The notes beneath the pieces are model-generated. The model searched no databases and was not told the DNA's origin. It saw only the letters and a list, made by a program, of their open reading frames with translations. Below, in pieces: positions 19,960 to 28,568 of a stretch of 64,000 nucleotides of DNA (position 1 is its first letter; the number at the start of each line of letters is the position of its first letter). Source of the DNA: Chitinophaga pinensis (GTDB taxonomy: Bacteria > Bacteroidota > Bacteroidia > 2-12-FULL-35-15); NCBI GenBank assembly GCA_945865315.1, contig CAMBDK010000002.1, positions 5,105 to 69,104 of the forward strand, given 5' to 3'. The position numbers were made by a program, and so were the translations under genes.

Positions 19960-21033
19960 TTATTTTTTATTAATATCTACTTTAATTGAAAATACGTTTG
20001 AATACAATGCAACCGACTGGTCGCCAATATCGGTTAAAGCATAATCTATTGTTACCGATTTTATCTTAATGCCTAATCCAATATTTGGTTGAAATGTTTT
20101 AATTTTTTTGCCTATAGCATCCGTAAAAGTTTGGTAGTTGCCAAGCCCTGCTCTTAAAAATATTATATTTAAATAGGAGGCTTCAATTCCAAAATGTGGG
20201 TCCATGCTAACAGCTTTAGTTCTTATTAAAGTGTTGCGCTTACCGTCAAATGTAGCATCCAGGTTAAATTCAGCTAATAATGCTAGTTTGGGCGACATTT
20301 CAAATTTTCGCGCTCCACCTAATAATAGTTTAGGAACCGTTATTTCAACAGAGTTTTCGGGTAATTTATTACCAGTAGCAATAAATACTGCTTTGGTTTC
20401 TTCCGACAAATTAAATGTCCATGCATTAAAGGTAGAAGTAATATCTCGCGCCATAGCAGCAAATTTCCATTTTTTAAAATCATACTGCGCTCCAGCATCC
20501 AAACCAAAGCCCCATGCGCCGGCAAAGCTTCCAATTTTTCTACGTATAATTTTCGTATTAATGCCTAATCGCAATCCCGGAATTTTAAGTTTTTTTGCAT
20601 ACGATATTATAAGTGCAAAATCTGTGGCCGAAAATTTTGTAATTCTGTTATAATCTACATTGCCGTTGGCGTTTATTAATTCAGTAGTATTGGGGATATC
20701 GTCCACACCAAATCGAATAAGTGAAAGCCCCATAACGCTAGAACTATCAATTTTGGTGGCCATTGCAGCATAATCATACTTGGCGATGCCGGCAAAATAT
20801 TCGCTATGCATTAAAGCTACCTGATATTGATTGTTTATGCCTAATAAACCTGCAGGGTTCCAGTATCCGGCAGTAACATCATTTGCGGTTGTGATGTATG
20901 AATTAGACATCCCTAACGCCCTTGCACCTACCCCTACGTTTAAAAATTCATTGCTGTATTTTGTAACTTGAGTATATCCTTTAATACAAAAACTTAGTAT
21001 AATTGCAAAAGGTAAAAAATATAGTTTTTTCAT
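19960..21033 (-). CDS. PorV/PorQ-family outer-membrane protein (size fits PorQ)
   Basis: Signal peptide. The N-terminal block EFLNVGVGARALGMSNSYITTANDVTAGYWNPAGL parallels the PorV paralogue at 58278..59600. The sequence has an amphipathic beta-strand pattern. Confidence 0.6.
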   Translation of the reverse strand: MKKLYFLPFAIILSFCIKGYTQVTKYSNEFLNVGVGARALGMSNSYITTANDVTAGYWNPAGLLGINNQYQVALMHSEYFAGIAKYDYAAMATKIDSSSVMGLSLIRFGVDDIPNTTELINANGNVDYNRITKFSATDFALIISYAKKLKIPGLRLGINTKIIRRKIGSFAGAWGFGLDAGAQYDFKKWKFAAMARDITSTFNAWTFNLSEETKAVFIATGNKLPENSVEITVPKLLLGGARKFEMSPKLALLAEFNLDATFDGKRNTLIRTKAVSMDPHFGIEASYLNIIFLRAGLGNYQTFTDAIGKKIKTFQPNIGLGIKIKSVTIDYALTDIGDQSVALYSNVFSIKVDINKK

Positions 21034-21577
21034 TATGGGTCATAAAATTAAAATAAATTTTGCTTCAATCTCTTTTTTTTTGCCTTAGTGAAGTTTTCGA
21101 AATAACTCCCGCAAATTAAATGGTTCAAAAACTGTGTGTTTTTCTTTTGTCTTGATACAAAAGAAACAAAAAATCAAGAACAAACGATTCCTCCCCACCT
21201 GCAACTCTGCATCGCGTTTGTTCATTCCTCACGCGCGTTTTCATAAGAATATTTTTTGCAAAAAAATGAAAACCTCTGTTTTTATTAATATATCTGTTTT
21301 GGCGAAATTGTTTTGAAAGCTTTACGATAGCATATTTTACTTTTTTTATTTAAGTTTTTATGGGATAATAATTTTATTGAATCCGGTTTTTTTTGAACCG
21401 CAAACCTATTCAAAAGATTGATTTTTTGTTTTTTTGGCTTTGTTGGATACAAATATATAGTTTTGAGTTCTCAAACGTATTTTTTTATTGCATATTGCAT
21501 TGTCTTTTTTATTGACTTTGTTATTTGTATATTAAATTTGATCACAATATTCTTGTAAATTCTAATACTTATTTATT

Positions 21578-21760
21578 GTCTGTCCGTATAGTTGGGAGGC
21601 TTAACTATAATTCATGCTTTTAACGGCTTTCTATGTTTTGAAAATCAGTAGTTTACATTGGTGAATCACTGTTTTTTAAAACAAGAATAACGACGACCCT
21701 AATAAAACGAACTCACGAATACCTTTAAAAATAATATATTTAGGAGTAAATCGGACATTA
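21578..21760. repeat. Intergenic repeat element, copy A
   Basis: Core 21625..21760 aligns ungapped to 26807..26942 (115/136 identical by my count, including a 30-nt perfect run TCACGAATACCTTTAAAAATAATATATTTA). Weaker similarity extends 5' to a shared GTCTGT. Confidence 0.7.
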
Positions 21761-21871
21761 ACAACATACTTTATTTAATATGGAATTCATCTAAATGGTA
21801 ATTATTGAGAAATTAAAAGAGTATTTTCGCAGTGTTTATTTTTATAGAATCGTAATAATTTATTAAACCTT

Positions 21872-22621
21872 ATGATGAGCATCAAAAAAAATATCCCTAA
21901 TATTATTACTTGTGGAAATTTGTTTTGCGGGTGCATTGCTATTGTGGCGGCATTCAAGGGTAACCTTGTGTGGAGCTCATATTTGGTAGGGATAGCAGCG
22001 GTCTTGGATTTTTTAGATGGTTTCCTTGCTAGGTTGTTAAAAGTTCATTCCGAAATAGGAAAACAGCTCGATTCCTTGGCTGATATGGTAACTTTTGGCT
22101 TAGTGCCTGGTATTGTGATGTATTTGTTATTAACTAAGGCCACAGCAACATGCTCTTTCTCGGAAATGGATAATTCAATATGTTGTTTGGTTAATGGTAT
22201 TCAATGTTACATGCCATTTATAGCTTTTTTAATTACAATTTTTTCTGCAATTAGATTAGCGAAATTTAATACCGATAGTCGGCAGGCAGATTTATTTATT
22301 GGACTACCAACGCCTGCTAATGCAATATTAATTTGTTCCTTACCCCTTATTACGTTTTTTCAACCACAAATTGGAAGTATTAATACCCTTCTAATTATTG
22401 ATAACATTTGGGTTTTATTAAGCATTACCATTGTGATGTCCTTTTTAATGGTTGCCAAAATTCCTTTGTTCGCTCTTAAATTTAAAAGTTTTGATTGGAG
22501 CAGCAATAAAAAACGCTATTCTTTTTTAATTATTTCTTTATTATCATTGCTACTATTCCATTTTTTTGCTATCCCTTTTATCATATTTTTGTATATTATT
22601 TTATCACTTATAATTAAATAA
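21872..22621 (+). CDS. pssA: CDP-diacylglycerol--serine O-phosphatidyltransferase
   Basis: CDP-alcohol phosphatidyltransferase motif DFLDGFLARLLKVHSEIGKQLDSLADMV in a polytopic membrane protein. Confidence 0.8.
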   Translation: MMSIKKNIPNIITCGNLFCGCIAIVAAFKGNLVWSSYLVGIAAVLDFLDGFLARLLKVHSEIGKQLDSLADMVTFGLVPGIVMYLLLTKATATCSFSEMDNSICCLVNGIQCYMPFIAFLITIFSAIRLAKFNTDSRQADLFIGLPTPANAILICSLPLITFFQPQIGSINTLLIIDNIWVLLSITIVMSFLMVAKIPLFALKFKSFDWSSNKKRYSFLIISLLSLLLFHFFAIPFIIFLYIILSLIIK

Positions 22622-22704
22622 ACAAGTCCAAATTAGAATTACTTTTATACTTTCTATTTTATCTCAAATTATATATAAATACACAACAATTAAAATTTAC
22701 AAAA

Positions 22705-22956
22705 ATGAAATATAGAGCAGAAATTGATGTTATGCCATTGAAAGGCTTGTTAGACCCTCAAGGAAAAGCTGTTACTGGTAGTATGAAAAATTTAGGGTTA
22801 CCTGAAATTGAAAATGTACGTATTGGTAAACATATTGTTTTAGAACTGGAAGCATCCACTAAAGATGCTGCTGCATCTATGGTTGACGAAGCTTGTAAGA
22901 AATTATTGGCAAACCAAATTACTGAGTTTTATGAATTTGAAATATTTGAGAATTAA
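22705..22956 (+). CDS. purS: Phosphoribosylformylglycinamidine synthase subunit PurS
   Basis: 83-aa ORF with PurS-type blocks (VMPLKGLLDPQGKAV, IGKHIVLELEA). Confidence 0.8.
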   Translation: MKYRAEIDVMPLKGLLDPQGKAVTGSMKNLGLPEIENVRIGKHIVLELEASTKDAAASMVDEACKKLLANQITEFYEFEIFEN

Positions 22957-23112
22957 GGATTTATTTTTTTACCTATTAATTCCATAATATTTACCAACTA
23001 AATTTACATGTTTCATTTCAATTATGGAATGATTCAAACGGCAGAATTTTATTTGTTGCGATAAAAAATAATATATCGATATAGCTATTGTATAAATTGT
23101 TTTATTGTTTAT

Positions 23113-24477
23113 TTGAATATGCAAAGGGCATTTTTATCATACATAAAAAAAGAAAATTTATTTAACTCCTCTGATAAAATCCTTCTCACTGTTAGTGGTG
23201 GGATAGATTCTTTAGCGATGGTTGAATTATTTCATCATGCGGGTTTTAATTTTGGAATAGCCCATTGTAATTTCCAATTGAGGGGGGAAGAAAGTGATGG
23301 CGACGAAATTTTTGTAAGGTCAATTGCAGAAAAATACAGCCTTGAATTTCATTTAATAAAATTCGATACCGCCATTTATGCTAAAAAAAATAAAGTCTCC
23401 ATACAGATAGCAGCAAGGGAATTACGTTACCAATGGTTCGAAGAAATCAGAGCAAGTAATAATTATAGTTTCATAGCAACGGCGCACCATAAAGATGATT
23501 CAATAGAAACATTTTTTATAAACCTCATTAGGGGCTCCGGTATTTCGGGCTTGCATGGCATACTATCAAAAAACGCTAATGTTATCCGTCCATTGTTATT
23601 TACTAATAAAAATGACATTACTAAATATGTTAAAAGCTGTAAAATTTATTATCGCGACGACAGTAGTAATGCTTCAGAAAAATACATTAGAAATAAAATT
23701 CGGCTGAAGCTAATTCCGCTCCTCAAAGAATTAAACCCTAATATAAATCAAACAATAGCCGAGGATATAAAGCGATTAGCGAATACTGAAAAAATTTATA
23801 GAAAAGAAATTTTTAATAAAAGTTTAATAGTTGTTGAAAAACACAACAATAGTATTTCCTTTTCCATTAAGGAACTTAAAAAACTAGACCCTATAGAATC
23901 CTATCTTTTCGAATTTCTTCAGCCTTTTGGTTTTAACTTTGCTGTTGTAAACGAAATTGTGGCTTCCTTGGATGGACTGTCGGGGAAAAAGTTTTTGTCG
24001 GCAACGCACCGTTTAGTCAAGGACAGAGAATATTTATTAATTGACAAAATACCCGCAGCCCTGCCAAAGGTTTCACAAGCAATGCTTACCCCACAAATAG
24101 CAAATTTTCAGATCGATGAAGAAAACAATATAATTGAAAATATGGGTCTTAAATTTGTAATTAACAAATTATTAAAACCCTCTGTTTTTAGCTTTCCTGC
24201 CTCTAATAAAATTGCATCTTTTGATTATAATAAACTTAATTTTCCACTTGAACTTAGAAAATGGCAAAAAGGCGATGTCTTTCAACCGATTGGTATGAAA
24301 GGGAAAAAGTTGATCTCCGATTTTTTTATTGATGAAAAATTTTCTATTCAGCAAAAAGAAAATGCCTGGTTACTTACTTCTAGGGGTAAAATTATTTGGC
24401 TTGTCGGACATCGCATGGATGATAAATTCAAAGTAACCGATAAAACTATTAAGATTTATATTGTAGAATTGCTTTAG
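23113..24477 (+). CDS. tilS: tRNA(Ile)-lysidine synthetase
   Basis: PP-loop SGGIDS, TAHHKDD and a C-terminal TilS domain (WQKGDVFQPIGMKGKKLISDFFID). Confidence 0.9.
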   Translation: MNMQRAFLSYIKKENLFNSSDKILLTVSGGIDSLAMVELFHHAGFNFGIAHCNFQLRGEESDGDEIFVRSIAEKYSLEFHLIKFDTAIYAKKNKVSIQIAARELRYQWFEEIRASNNYSFIATAHHKDDSIETFFINLIRGSGISGLHGILSKNANVIRPLLFTNKNDITKYVKSCKIYYRDDSSNASEKYIRNKIRLKLIPLLKELNPNINQTIAEDIKRLANTEKIYRKEIFNKSLIVVEKHNNSISFSIKELKKLDPIESYLFEFLQPFGFNFAVVNEIVASLDGLSGKKFLSATHRLVKDREYLLIDKIPAALPKVSQAMLTPQIANFQIDEENNIIENMGLKFVINKLLKPSVFSFPASNKIASFDYNKLNFPLELRKWQKGDVFQPIGMKGKKLISDFFIDEKFSIQQKENAWLLTSRGKIIWLVGHRMDDKFKVTDKTIKIYIVELL

Positions 24478-24503
24478 GTATCTTATCTTTATATCCTACT
24501 GTT

Positions 24504-25043
24504 ATGAAAGACGAAATAATTTTTGAAGAAAAACAATATATTGGCTTTAATAAATGGTCAATGTTATGGCGCACAGTATTAGCTTTGGGTTGCTTTTTGC
24601 TTTATTATTGGAGCGAAAATCCTAAATCTATTGCCGTTTCTGTAATTGAAATACCCAATTCGCCAGTTGGTGAAGATTCAGGGCAATTATTTTTTTTAAT
24701 GGGATTAGTGATAATGCTCCTCTCCTTGGTGCTTATTTTTGTTTTACACTTGCATACCAAGGTTATTAATAACAAACTCATTTTAGAGGGGCTTTGGACC
24801 TCCCGTAATGTGAACATTGATTTAACTGAAATAGTAGAGGTCAAAATGGTTAAATACAGTTTTTATCTGTTGAATCCTCCTATTTATAATTTACATTTTA
24901 AAAACGTAATCCGCTTCTTTACCAAGGGTAATGATGCTGTTGAACTTACCAAAAGGGATGGCCTCAAATATCTGGTTGGTAGTCAAAAGGCAGAAGCGCT
25001 GTCAAGCTTGTTGAAACAGATGATTGTTGATAAAAAATCATAA
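24504..25043 (+). CDS. Hypothetical membrane protein
   Basis: Two predicted TM helices followed by a soluble C-terminal domain. No motif recognised. Confidence 0.45.
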   Translation: MKDEIIFEEKQYIGFNKWSMLWRTVLALGCFLLYYWSENPKSIAVSVIEIPNSPVGEDSGQLFFLMGLVIMLLSLVLIFVLHLHTKVINNKLILEGLWTSRNVNIDLTEIVEVKMVKYSFYLLNPPIYNLHFKNVIRFFTKGNDAVELTKRDGLKYLVGSQKAEALSSLLKQMIVDKKS

Positions 25044-25156
25044 CAATTTAATGTAAAATATATTTTCAATAAAGTGTAACAATATTTTTAATTTAACGTA
25101 GAACGACAATCATTTGCTTTTTATGGAATTATTTAAATTAATTAAAACTATTTTAT

Positions 25157-25453
25157 ATGATAAACACAACAGCTGCAGGTCGAATTATTTCAATTGAAAA
25201 AGAGTGTATCGCTTTCTTAAAATTTCCTGATAATGATGTTTTGAAATCAGCCGATGAAATTAAAATCAGAAATGCCAATTTGGATCGTGCTTTAAAATTA
25301 GGAAACTTGGAACATAATAAAATTAGAATTGTGTTCGAGGATGACGAAGCGGTAAAACAAGTAGAAACTACTGTTTGGGGAGTAACCGATAAGAGAGTGA
25401 TATTAAAAAAAGGGGTACTTATTCCTATTCACCGTATTCATGAGATTTTGTAA
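25157..25453 (+). CDS. Hypothetical protein
   Basis: 98-aa ORF in an otherwise empty interval. No motif recognised. Confidence 0.4.
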   Translation: MINTTAAGRIISIEKECIAFLKFPDNDVLKSADEIKIRNANLDRALKLGNLEHNKIRIVFEDDEAVKQVETTVWGVTDKRVILKKGVLIPIHRIHEIL

Positions 25454-25657
25454 TTTTTATTTGGGTGTAATATTTAATTTTTTTCACTAAGCTTCCCTGT
25501 TTTTTGTGAAGCTTGGTATGGTTTTTTTAATTTTTAAACCGAAAATTACATCTCGTTTTTTAAGCCCTTGGTTGCTGCTATTTCCCTGCTCTCTATTGTT
25601 AATAAACTATTCTGGAAAATAGACTTTTCAAATTTTCGCATCATTTTACCCTTGCTG

Positions 25658-25990
25658 TTATAATTCCTGCATTGGGTCCCAAAAATGATTATTGAAGTTT
25701 ATTATTTTTTCCTTAATAATTACAATGCCTTCCTTTTCTAGTAATTCCTTCATTAAAAAAGGTGTTGCAAAATGAAGCTTCCCTGTAAGTTCCCCATTTC
25801 TATTTACTACCCTGTGCGCCGGTACATATATTTTTTGTGAATGCGATAAATTCATCGCCCAGCCTACCATGCGTGAGGATCGAATAGCTCCCAGCGACTT
25901 TGCAATAGCGCCATAACTCGTTACCCTACCCTTTGGTATTAGCCGCACTATTGCATATACATTTTGAAAAAAATCATCTTGTGTTTTCAT
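25658..25990 (-). CDS. Alkyltransferase-like (ATL) / MGMT-family DNA-binding protein lacking the acceptor cysteine
   Basis: MGMT C-terminal DNA-binding fold (IPKGRVTSYGAIA, VPAHRVVNRNGELTG). The canonical PCHR is PAHR here; the Ala codon is at 25817..25819. Confidence 0.75.
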   Translation of the reverse strand: MKTQDDFFQNVYAIVRLIPKGRVTSYGAIAKSLGAIRSSRMVGWAMNLSHSQKIYVPAHRVVNRNGELTGKLHFATPFLMKELLEKEGIVIIKEKIINFNNHFWDPMQEL

Positions 25991-25999
25991 TTCCCTGAT

Positions 26000-26671
26000 T
26001 TATATTCTAAATTTTAGAAAACATATTTTAAACCCCTTCTCCGAAAACATTTTTTCATAATATGTTTTAATTGATGTAAGCGCTTCCTCTCTTTCAATAT
26101 CCTTTGCATATAAATCGTTAGTAGCATCCATTTCTTCTAATTGGTTTTCTGATATTACTTCCCTTGTAAAATTATAAAAAAACTCACTGTCTGTTTTTAA
26201 ATTTATAACGCCATCATTAATTAATATTTTTTTATACCTGTTTAAAAATATCATATTCGTCAATCGGTTTCTTATCCGTGATTTTTGAGGCTGTGGGTCA
26301 GGGAAGGTGATCCATATTTCATTCACTTCGTCAGCAGCAAAACAGGTATCGATAAAATCAATGCGGGTTCTAATAAATGCTACATTATTCATTTTGTTTT
26401 CTAAAGCTGTTTTTGCACCCGACCATATGCGATTTCCCTTTATATCAACGCCTATAAAATTTTTATTAGGAAATCTTTCCGCTAACCCAACCGTATATTC
26501 ACCTTTACCACAGCCTAGTTCCAAGATAATAGGATTATTGTTTTTAAAATAATTTTCATGCCAGTTTCCTTTTAGCTTAAGACCATTAGCTTTCGATTCT
26601 TCGAAGGATAAAAAAAAGCAATTGTCGAATGAATTTACTTCTCTAAATTTTTTTATTTTTCTTTTTGCCAT
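26000..26671 (-). CDS. trmB: tRNA (guanine-N7)-methyltransferase
   Basis: SAM-binding LELGCGKGEY and ITFPDPQPQK blocks. Confidence 0.85.
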   Translation of the reverse strand: MAKRKIKKFREVNSFDNCFFLSFEESKANGLKLKGNWHENYFKNNNPIILELGCGKGEYTVGLAERFPNKNFIGVDIKGNRIWSGAKTALENKMNNVAFIRTRIDFIDTCFAADEVNEIWITFPDPQPQKSRIRNRLTNMIFLNRYKKILINDGVINLKTDSEFFYNFTREVISENQLEEMDATNDLYAKDIEREEALTSIKTYYEKMFSEKGFKICFLKFRI

Positions 26672-26760
26672 TTTTTTTATTAAACAAATATTTTATTTTT
26701 ATTCGCTGCTTTTTTTAAATATTTATTTTTTTCTAAAGTGTTTTCAAATTAATAATTAGC

Positions 26761-26942
26761 GTCTGTTCAAATATTCAAGAGTATTAAAAATAATGTTCGA
26801 GTTCGAGGCTTTCGTAGTTTTGAAAATCTGGAGTTTACATTTGTAAATGAATGATTTTTTAAACAAGAATAACGAAGACCCGCGTGAAACGAAATCACGA
26901 ATACCTTTAAAAATAATATATTTATATGTAAATCGGCCATTA
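26761..26942. repeat. Intergenic repeat element, copy B
   Basis: Partner of 21578..21760 in the same orientation. It lies directly after the stop of the histidine-kinase gene. Confidence 0.7.
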
Positions 26943-26956
26943 TAGACAGACTCTAA

Positions 26957-27997
26957 TTATCCTTTTTTTAAGTTAAAGGAGAAAACGGTGCCAACACCTT
27001 CGGTACTCATCACTTTAATTTTTTGATTATGCGCCTCTATAATATGTTTAACAATAGCTAGTCCCAGGCCTGTGCCCCCTTGCTCGCGCGACCTGCTTTT
27101 GTTTACTCTGTAAAAACGTTCAAATAAACGCGGTAAATGCACTTTTGCTATGCCAATGCCATTGTCGGCAACCTCAATTGAAATATTTGCGCCAGCATCG
27201 TAAAAACGTATTTTTGTTTCACCTCCTTGTTTGCCATATTTTATTGAATTTACTATCAAATTAACAATTACCTGTCGGATGCGAAATCTGTCTGCAAAAA
27301 CAAATAGCGTTTTGTTACCCTCGTTAATAGTTAGTGCTATCCCCTTTTCTTTCGCTTGCATTTCTTGGGCTTCCAGCAGTTCCTTCAATAAAACAATGAT
27401 GTCAAAACTTTCGGGCTCTATCTGTAATTCACCTGTCTCCAATTGCGAAATGGCTTCTAAATCATCAATCATGGCTATCATTCTATCCACACTTTTTTCG
27501 GCACGCATCAAATAATTTCTGTTGATGGAGGGGTCCTCTAATCCTCCATCCAGCAGGGTTAACACATAGCCCTGTATATTGAATACTGGCGTTTTTAATT
27601 CGTGCGATATATTTCCTAAATATTCTTTCCGATATACTTCTAGTTTTTTTAAACGATCAATTTCACTTTTTCGTTCTTCAATCCAGGCTAATATTTCAAT
27701 GCTGAGATTATGTATTTCGTTGCTGCTGTATGGCAGCTTAGGGGATGATACATCACTTTGTTCCTTAAATTTTTGTACCGTATTTAATAAATTAAATATC
27801 TTTTTAAATACCAATATTTTTATAAATAGTATCATCAAAAAGGAGCTGAGCATAGAAATAAAAAAGATTCCAATAGACCTTGCTAAAGGATTTTCCATAA
27901 AAGGATGATATACAAAGCTCATAACAGAAATAACTACAGCAAATGCCGTAGCAATAATTATTAGTGGGAAATTTCTTGAATGTTTTTTCATGACCAT
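26957..27997 (-). CDS. Two-component sensor histidine kinase (no adjacent response regulator)
   Basis: Two N-terminal TM helices, H-box ISHELKTPV, N-box LIVNSIKYG, G1 DNGIGI and G2 GGTGLGLAIV. Confidence 0.85.
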   Translation of the reverse strand: MVMKKHSRNFPLIIIATAFAVVISVMSFVYHPFMENPLARSIGIFFISMLSSFLMILFIKILVFKKIFNLLNTVQKFKEQSDVSSPKLPYSSNEIHNLSIEILAWIEERKSEIDRLKKLEVYRKEYLGNISHELKTPVFNIQGYVLTLLDGGLEDPSINRNYLMRAEKSVDRMIAMIDDLEAISQLETGELQIEPESFDIIVLLKELLEAQEMQAKEKGIALTINEGNKTLFVFADRFRIRQVIVNLIVNSIKYGKQGGETKIRFYDAGANISIEVADNGIGIAKVHLPRLFERFYRVNKSRSREQGGTGLGLAIVKHIIEAHNQKIKVMSTEGVGTVFSFNLKKG

Positions 27998-28223
27998 GGT
28001 TAATAAAGCATTCCTTATTTATATTTATTTTATTAAACTTTTCATTTATAATTTTTTTAAGGCTTTAACAGCGTCAAAAATAAGTAATTATGGAGATTTT
28101 AGGGTCAATTTATAGTATTGATTTCTATTTAAGATTTAAATTAATGCATTTTTTTTCAATATTCTTTTGATAGTATGGAAAATAAAACTAATTTTGTCTT
28201 CTTATTCTAACAAAAAGTATTGA

Positions 28224-28297
28224 GGATCGGTAGTTCAGCTGGTTAGAATGCTGCCCTGTCACGGCAGAGGTCGCGGGTTCGAGTCCCGTCCGGTCCG
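28224..28297 (+). tRNA. tRNA-Asp (GTC)
   Basis: Cloverleaf folded by hand. Acceptor stem is GGATCGG/CCGGTCC, with D-arm GTTCAGCTGGTTAGAAT. The anticodon stem CTGCC/GGCAG carries loop CTGTCAC (anticodon GTC). T-arm is GCGGG-TTCGAGT-CCCGT. CCA is not encoded. Confidence 0.9.
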
Positions 28298-28312
28298 CTC
28301 TAAAATATTAAA

Positions 28313-28347
28313 CCCCTTGCAAATTAAGTGTTTGTAAGGGGTTTTTT
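28313..28347 (+). terminator. Intrinsic terminator after tRNA-Asp
   Basis: CCCCTT...AAGGGG stem followed by T6. Confidence 0.5.
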
Positions 28348-28472
28348 AATTTCTGTTGCCCTTTCTGTTGCTCTTTCTGTTGCCGTTTTGGATCCATTTT
28401 TACCATAACACTAAACAAGCATCTAACTAATTGTTTTTACAGTATTTTTATTTGATTAGAATTGGAAAAACC

Positions 28473-28568
28473 ATGAGTTACCAATATTCAGAAGACGGCT
28501 TAGTAGAAACGGCCACCCAAAAAGTGTTGGAAGAGTTGGGCTTGCACATACAACTTTCAAAATTCTAA
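28473..28568 (+). pseudogene. Possible relic of a type I restriction enzyme R-subunit N-terminus (31 codons)
   Basis: MSYQYSEDGLVETATQKVLEELGLHIQLSKF* resembles, from memory, the common HsdR N-terminal pattern (SE..LVE.......L.ELGW). It stops after 31 codons and no downstream ORF follows. Confidence 0.3.

Noticed and set aside
21134-21316. 60-aa ORF in the porQ-pssA spacer
   Set aside because: Lys/Phe-rich low-complexity product with no signal or motif. It overlaps the hairpin and GC-rich patch, which is better treated as non-coding.
21034-21871. Possibility that the long AT-rich spacer is a replication origin
   Set aside because: I found no cluster of DnaA-box-like TTATCCACA/TGTGGATAA sequences, and no dnaA, dnaN or gid genes lie nearby.
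22979-23030. 10-bp inverted repeat ATTCCATAAT..ATTATGGAAT with a 32-nt spacer between purS and tilS
   Set aside because: AT-rich, with a long loop and no T-run. It could be a weak terminator or chance, and is not distinctive enough to call.
26767-26940. 57-codon minus-strand ORF inside repeat copy B, and a 32-codon plus-strand ORF in the same element
   Set aside because: Neither frame is preserved in copy A; the minus frame stops after 19 codons and the plus frame lacks the ATG and stops after 4 codons. The element is therefore treated as non-coding.
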